Below, piece after piece: positions 22,734 through 27,294 of a DNA stretch of 27,294 nt (within the stretch, counting starts at the first letter, position 1; every line of letters starts with the position of its first letter). Both the position numbers and the translations under genes were made by a program. Origin of the DNA: Nitrososphaerota archaeon (GTDB lineage Archaea; Thermoproteota; Nitrososphaeria; Nitrososphaerales; UBA57). The notes under the pieces were generated by a model. It did not search any database, was not told the DNA's origin, and saw only the letters and a program-made list of their open reading frames with translations. Location of the stretch: NCBI GenBank assembly GCA_013378385.1, contig JACAFS010000005.1:1-27294 (forward strand), in the 5' to 3' direction.

Positions 22734-24043
22734 TTATTTTTCAATGCACGTTTAACTACTTTATCAATTCCAGAACTAAAATGAATGGCTTTTTTAGTCT
22801 GATAGATTATTTCGTCAGGAAGTTTTAATTTCTTAGCAACAGAACGAAGAATCAGTTTTCTTACATCATTTGCAACGTCGATTTTATATTCTATTGGGCA
22901 GTTTAATGCAAAATTAACTATAGGTAAAGAAGCATAAGGAACAAATAAATCTACAAAAGGAGATGTAATTTTCTCATCTCGTTCAAAGTTTTTCGTATAT
23001 GCCTGATGAACATCAGAATTCATCATATCGGTGACAAATTGTGGACTTTCTTCAGACAAAGTACGAATATAGCGAGCATAGCCGCCAAATAATTCATCAG
23101 CAAGTTGGCCAACAAAAAGAGTGGATGTATTATGTTCTTTAGCAGTCTTTGCTACATAGTAAAAACCCAATGCTATACTCACGTCCATAGGTCGAGTAAT
23201 TTCGGCAATTGAAGTAATATTAGGGATATCGTCAGGAATATGTTCTATTTTTGGTTCAATTTCAATAAGATCAATTCCGAGTAAATTGGCAAGTTTTTTA
23301 GCATTCTCAAAGTCATGAGAGTCTTTCATTCTAACATTGAAGGCTTTGATTTCAGTGAATTCATTAGCGATAGAAATCAGTATCGAACTATCTATACCGC
23401 CAGAAAAGGAAACGCCTATAGTTTTTTTATTGCCTATACGGGAAGCTATAGAATTTTTCAATAGAGTCAATAAAGTATCAGCGTCATATTGAGAATAAGG
23501 AGTAGGAGAAAGATTACGTGCGTCAATTTTTAATTCGTTTTCAAGAATCATCGCAGTGCCTGGAATGAAATCTTCAACATTAAAATTTGAATTTACTAAG
23601 ATTGATTTTTGTGTGGAAACAGAAACTGAATTATGATTTTTACCAATGTAAAGAGGTTTACAACCCAAAGGATCTCGAAGGCAGATTGTTCCCAATTTTC
23701 CTTGGACCGCCATACAATAAGAACCGTCTAATTTGTACAATTCATGAATGTTAGAAGTTAATGTTTCGACATTATCGGAAATGAGAATATTGTCAATAAT
23801 TGGAGCATAATCTCCGTAAATTTCACCATGAATTAACACGTTTGTATCATTAACGGTTGGAGTAGAAAGACATCCAATAATGTTAGAAGAAAAACTAGTT
23901 AGTTTTTCGTTAATAGAATAACTGGAAGAATCATAAGAAAGATAACCAGACCAAGCACGATGATTCATAGAATTAAGATTTGAATCATTCAAACCATCAT
24001 TCGTAGTGCACAATAATCCTCTAACGTATGTTGGATTCATCAA
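22730..24043 (-). CDS. Asparagine synthetase B-like protein (diverged class II GATase domain + PP-loop Asn_synthase domain)
   Basis: 437 aa. PP-loop GVSFSGGIDSS, then QLADELFGGYARY, FERDEKITSPFVDLFVPYA and KLILRSVAKKLKLPDEI (AsnB family). The N-terminal half keeps GEIYGDY, LDGSYCMAV and LRDPLGCKPLYIG. Start is ambiguous: TTG 24043, ATG 24040, or TTG 24013 directly before the Cys codon. Confidence 0.8.
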   Translation of the reverse strand: MMNPTYVRGLLCTTNDGLNDSNLNSMNHRAWSGYLSYDSSSYSINEKLTSFSSNIIGCLSTPTVNDTNVLIHGEIYGDYAPIIDNILISDNVETLTSNIHELYKLDGSYCMAVQGKLGTICLRDPLGCKPLYIGKNHNSVSVSTQKSILVNSNFNVEDFIPGTAMILENELKIDARNLSPTPYSQYDADTLLTLLKNSIASRIGNKKTIGVSFSGGIDSSILISIANEFTEIKAFNVRMKDSHDFENAKKLANLLGIDLIEIEPKIEHIPDDIPNITSIAEITRPMDVSIALGFYYVAKTAKEHNTSTLFVGQLADELFGGYARYIRTLSEESPQFVTDMMNSDVHQAYTKNFERDEKITSPFVDLFVPYASLPIVNFALNCPIEYKIDVANDVRKLILRSVAKKLKLPDEIIYQTKKAIHFSSGIDKVVKRALKNN

Positions 24044-26202
24044 CTTTCAAATTCCTTTAATTGTTCTTTAATTTTTTTAGCAAAAGAAGGCGTAATAAGA
24101 GAATGAGGGGTTTTTGAGATATCATCAATAGAAGCTAGATATAATGACTCGCGTGTTTTGAATCCTGAATCAAATAAAGCTCTACCCAAAACACGTCCTA
24201 CTCTATCTAAACTTATAATTTCTTTCAATTCAGATTTAATTCCTTTTTCTATCCGAAGCTGAAGAAGCAAGATAGGGTCAAGCAGATGTCTTATTTGGAA
24301 CAAAACAGTTAGTTTATAAAATGCATTTAAGAGCCATTTTGTATTTTCAGTAGCAAAATACAGGTCGCCAGGATCAATATCCACAAGATTAAGAATATCA
24401 TTTTCCTTTTTTTCATTAATCCAAGCATTCAGAGCAGCAAGAATACGAAAAGTGGAACGATGTTCAGAATCAGAGCGACCAATATCAAAAAATTGAGATT
24501 GATACTTATGGATAAATGAATAATAAGGAGATTCGTCAGATTTCCTAAACGAGAATAATCTACCAAAATCAGTACTAGATGCGATTACTTGAAGAATACC
24601 CATGGAATAGTTGATATCTTTTTGAGAAGACTTTATCGCATCGCGAAAATCACGTGCCGTCAATGGATTAATATAGAGTAAAGAGGTTTGTTTACCAAAT
24701 CTAGTTGAGAGAAATTTGTTATTGCGTTTTTCAATAAAGTTCTCATCTAACAAGAATTCAAGAGAGTCCTCAACTTTGAATTCAAGTTCGTCATTTCCAT
24801 TTTGAAGTGTGTAAAGAGTGTTATTAAATAATTTCAATACATTAGGTTTGGATATTCCAAATGGACTAGACGATATAGTAGCAAGAAGATGAGTCCGTAA
24901 TGAATCTTCGTTGCCCAGTGCAGATTCAATATCTTCAACATCGCCATTAATATAATGATCAAATAATGAATCCTGTTCTGATTCATTATTAGCAATCAGG
25001 ATCGTTTCTCCTTTATCGTCATATTGAGGTCTACCAGCACGACCGCACATTTGTTTATAATCCAGAACAGAAATAGGGGACATTCCTCCGTATTTCATAT
25101 CGTATCTAAGATAGCTACTTAGAACCACACGTCGTGCTGGAAGATTAACGCCTGCGGCGAGAGTAGGGGTTGCACAAATAATTTTTATTTTTCTTTCTCG
25201 AAATCCAGTTTCTATTACCTGGCGTTGTTGATTACTGACACCTGCATGATGAAAGGCAACTCCGTGTTTCAATAATTTTACGAGCAATTCATTCATGTCA
25301 TTACTAGTATCAGATTTTTTTAATAACGTAGAGAGGTGTGATAATTCATCAGATTGTTCTTGGGTCAGAAGCAATGGCATCATCTTTTCAATTTTTTTTG
25401 CAAGACTGGAAGCACGTTTTCGTGTTTCAGTGAATATTATACTCTGGCCATTTTGTTTAACCATGTCAATTGCAATATCAATGGCAGTGCCTTCTCCAGA
25501 ATTATCTATATTCATAGGTGGATTTCCGTCTTTAAAATCAATTTGGCCAAAACAAAATACTCCCTCGGAAAGGGCTACTGGCCTCCATGTAGATATAACA
25601 GATTTTGCACCAATCCAATTAGAAATTTCTTCAATATTGTTTATTGTTGCACTTAATCCAAGAATTTGTGGAGAATGCTCAGAAATAAGCATTTTAGCAA
25701 TTATCATTTCCAATGTTGGGCCACGATAAGAATCGCCTATAAGATGAATTTCGTCAATAACAATCAAACTGACTTGAGAGAGCCATTTAATTCCATGTCG
25801 TTGAAGTGAATCAAATTTTTCGTTTGTAAGAATAATTATATCAGAATTTTTAAGATATTCGCTATTTGATTCAAAATCGCCAGTAGAAATGCTAACTTTT
25901 ATTGATGAGCCGTTAGGTTTTGAAAGACTTTCTAATTTTTTAAAATCATTATATTTTTCGCTTGCAAGTGCTCGTAAAGGAGCCAGATAAATAATTTTTC
26001 CTTCATTTTCGATATGTTGAAGTGCAGAGATAATTGCTACTAAAGTTTTTCCACTTGCAGTAGGAGTGGAGACGATAAGATTATTATTTTCTAGTAATCC
26101 AGTTTTTATACAGTCTGCTTGCGGCGGATAAAGAGTTTTAAAACCCTGATTATGTAAAAATTGAATTGAGGTTTCAGATAAATCAAGTGAAGATATGTTC
26201 AA
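24040..26202 (-). CDS. hel308: Hel308 (Ski2-like) DNA repair helicase
   Basis: 720 aa. SF2 motifs TPTASGKT (I), VIDEIHLIGD (II, DEIH), GLSAT (III), HHAGV, ATPTLAAGVNLPARRVV (V) and QMCGRAGRPQYD (VI). The long C-terminal region is consistent with ratchet and HhH-like domains. TTG start 9 nt after the mcm stop. Confidence 0.9.
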   Translation of the reverse strand: MNISSLDLSETSIQFLHNQGFKTLYPPQADCIKTGLLENNNLIVSTPTASGKTLVAIISALQHIENEGKIIYLAPLRALASEKYNDFKKLESLSKPNGSSIKVSISTGDFESNSEYLKNSDIIILTNEKFDSLQRHGIKWLSQVSLIVIDEIHLIGDSYRGPTLEMIIAKMLISEHSPQILGLSATINNIEEISNWIGAKSVISTWRPVALSEGVFCFGQIDFKDGNPPMNIDNSGEGTAIDIAIDMVKQNGQSIIFTETRKRASSLAKKIEKMMPLLLTQEQSDELSHLSTLLKKSDTSNDMNELLVKLLKHGVAFHHAGVSNQQRQVIETGFRERKIKIICATPTLAAGVNLPARRVVLSSYLRYDMKYGGMSPISVLDYKQMCGRAGRPQYDDKGETILIANNESEQDSLFDHYINGDVEDIESALGNEDSLRTHLLATISSSPFGISKPNVLKLFNNTLYTLQNGNDELEFKVEDSLEFLLDENFIEKRNNKFLSTRFGKQTSLLYINPLTARDFRDAIKSSQKDINYSMGILQVIASSTDFGRLFSFRKSDESPYYSFIHKYQSQFFDIGRSDSEHRSTFRILAALNAWINEKKENDILNLVDIDPGDLYFATENTKWLLNAFYKLTVLFQIRHLLDPILLLQLRIEKGIKSELKEIISLDRVGRVLGRALFDSGFKTRESLYLASIDDISKTPHSLITPSFAKKIKEQLKEFES

Positions 26203-26211
26203 ACAAGATAT

Positions 26212-27294
26212 CTAATTTACCTTACGATATAAATTATCTTGTACATTATAGATTTGTCCACTATCACTCATATTTTTAAAGTATTTTCTTGCTTCAGTAG
26301 AAGTAAATTTACCTGTATCAATTAATTTTTGGATAAATTCATCTTTATCAACTAGGTTTTTAGTAGATTCTTTTTCAAGTTCTTCAAACATACTTAGAGA
26401 TGTTTCGAGTTTACTTCTTTCACTAACAGGTTTACCATACATTATTCCAAAATCAACTTCTCCAGTCTCTGGATCCGTTCCAACGGATTCATACATAGCT
26501 CTAACTAGATTTCGAGCAAATTCAGCATCTTCTTCGGTAACTACGTCCCTAAATAATGCACGTGCTCGTGCAGATGCTAAACGAACCATACCTTCCAATG
26601 CACGAGGAGTTATAGGAATGCCTTGATGTCCTTCTCCATCTTCAGCAGGAGATTGACGAGTTTTGACATAATAATCCTGAATTAATTTTTTTGCCTCCGT
26701 AGATATTTTAGGAGTAAAGTTTTTGGCATAACTAATGTATTTCTTAAGTAAATCAAATTCAAGCGGGACGTCATCTTTTGTTTTTCCAGTCTCACGTAGA
26801 TCCAAAATATGTTTAGCAAGTTTTTCATCACGAGGAATATTAGGAGTATCTCTTATTACAAATATTAAATCAAAACGAGTCAATAAAGGCGTATCTATAT
26901 TAATTTGGTCTTTAAAAGTTTTATATTTATCATAACTACCAAATTCAGGGTTAGCGGCTGCAAGAACAGCAGTTCGCGCGTTAAGTGTAGCATTGATTCC
27001 ACCTTTTGCAATACTGACAGTTTGTTGTTCCATAGCCTCATGTAGTGCAGTACGATCTTCATTTCTCATTTTATCGAATTCGTCAATACAGGCAATGCCC
27101 TTATCGGCAAGCACTACTGTTCCTGCTTCGAGCATCATCATACCAGTTCTTTCTCTTACTACAGCGGCAGTTAAACCTGCAGCAGTAGAACCTTTACCAG
27201 ATGCGTATAAACCACGAGGTGCAAGTCTAGAAGCATATTTTAGTAATTCACTTTTAGCAGTTCCTGGATCTCCAATGAATAGAATATTTATATC
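26212..27294 (-). CDS. mcm: MCM replicative helicase, C-terminal AAA+ and winged-helix part; the 5' end lies outside the window
   Basis: The ORF is open to the window edge. My translation of 27142-27294 gives DINILFIGDPGTAKSELLKYASRLAPRGLYASGKGSTAAGLTAAVVRERTG, containing Walker A (GDPGTAKS). It continues into Walker B (CIDEFDKM) and the arginine-finger region (TRFDLIF). The ORF-track start at 27141 is internal. Confidence 0.9.
   Translation of the reverse strand, partial: DINILFIGDPGTAKSELLKYASRLAPRGLYASGKGSTAAGLTAAVVRERTGMMMLEAGTVVLADKGIACIDEFDKMRNEDRTALHEAMEQQTVSIAKGGINATLNARTAVLAAANPEFGSYDKYKTFKDQINIDTPLLTRFDLIFVIRDTPNIPRDEKLAKHILDLRETGKTKDDVPLEFDLLKKYISYAKNFTPKISTEAKKLIQDYYVKTRQSPAEDGEGHQGIPITPRALEGMVRLASARARALFRDVVTEEDAEFARNLVRAMYESVGTDPETGEVDFGIMYGKPVSERSKLETSLSMFEELEKESTKNLVDKDEFIQKLIDTGKFTSTEARKYFKNMSDSGQIYNVQDNLYRKVN

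Noticed and set aside
25295-25729. 144-aa and 100-aa + strand ORFs (25295-25729 and 25354-25656)
   Set aside because: Both are antisense to the central helicase core of hel308, and they overlap each other in different frames. They have no motifs and are shadow ORFs.
22730-26202. Helicase plus PP-loop ATPase pair as a defence or DNA-modification system
   Set aside because: The helicase has the full Hel308 motif set and length and sits directly after mcm, which fits the universal archaeal repair helicase. The PP-loop protein carries AsnB-family motifs (DELFGGY, PFVD) rather than QueC/DndC-type motifs. No nuclease, methylase or other defence component is nearby.
701-26935. Remaining short ORFs in the track: 701-1033, 3161-3379, 4135-4335, 5621-5908, 6252-6506, 7268-7558, 7543-7758, 13079-13264, 13934-14134, 15330-15554, 17022-17249, 17591-17773, 18208-18411, 18874-19152, 20287-20472, 20551-20736, 21545-21733, 21969-22286 and 26735-26935
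   Set aside because: Each lies wholly or almost wholly inside a longer ORF, on the opposite strand in all but one case. The exception, 3161-3379, is same-strand but out of frame within the eS26 gene. The longer ORFs have clear family motifs. The nested ORFs are short, compositionally odd (F/L/I/S-rich) and have no recognisable domains.
1-27294. tRNA, rRNA, CRISPR arrays, transposases/integrases and long inverted or direct repeats
   Set aside because: All non-coding gaps are 130 nt or shorter and A+T-rich, with no GC-rich cloverleaf-capable segment. No repeat-spacer periodicity was seen. No ORF has transposase, integrase or Cas motifs.
20839-27294. Inteins in rtcB or mcm
   Set aside because: RtcB is 486 aa with its catalytic motifs at normal spacing. 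The visible MCM segment runs continuously from Walker A through Walker B and the arginine finger. I saw no intein block sequences.

Overview
The window is an AT-rich, very gene-dense archaeal chromosome segment. Using the ORF-track coordinates, only about 0.7 kb of 27.3 kb lies outside the ORFs I accept. The gene set points to a TACK/thaumarchaeal, Nitrosopumilus-like organism: TFB, RpoK, Alba, ribosomal protein eS26, MCM, Hel308, RtcB plus archease, archaeal-type ThrRS and an archaeal-type split glutamate synthase. That placement rests on gene content and composition, not on a search. I call 31 protein-coding segments: two CDSs truncated by the window edges (TFB at the left, MCM at the right), two fragments of one frameshifted PAC2-family gene, and 27 other intact genes. 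I see no rRNA, tRNA, CRISPR array, transposase or integrase. Most of the window is core housekeeping, so I do not claim a clear novel system. The two best candidates for undescribed biology are these. (1) A sugar-phosphate / nucleotide-sugar island at 3.47-10.03 kb whose members are non-canonical for their families. It holds a PfkB kinase, an orphan 326-aa protein, a short NTP-transferase translationally coupled to a degenerate-NT + LbH protein and to a PGI/PMI isomerase, a GalT homologue lacking the His-Pro-His nucleophile, and a short histidine phosphatase. (2) A two-gene glutamate-synthase-like module at 15.2-19.7 kb with permuted domain order, an internally duplicated and degenerate second TIM barrel, a C-terminal extension, and no recognisable electron-donor subunit nearby. 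Window-wide observations: roughly half of the start codons read as TTG; all nine convergent gene junctions overlap or are 8 nt or less apart; and short divergent intergenic regions carry a single central TATA-like element.
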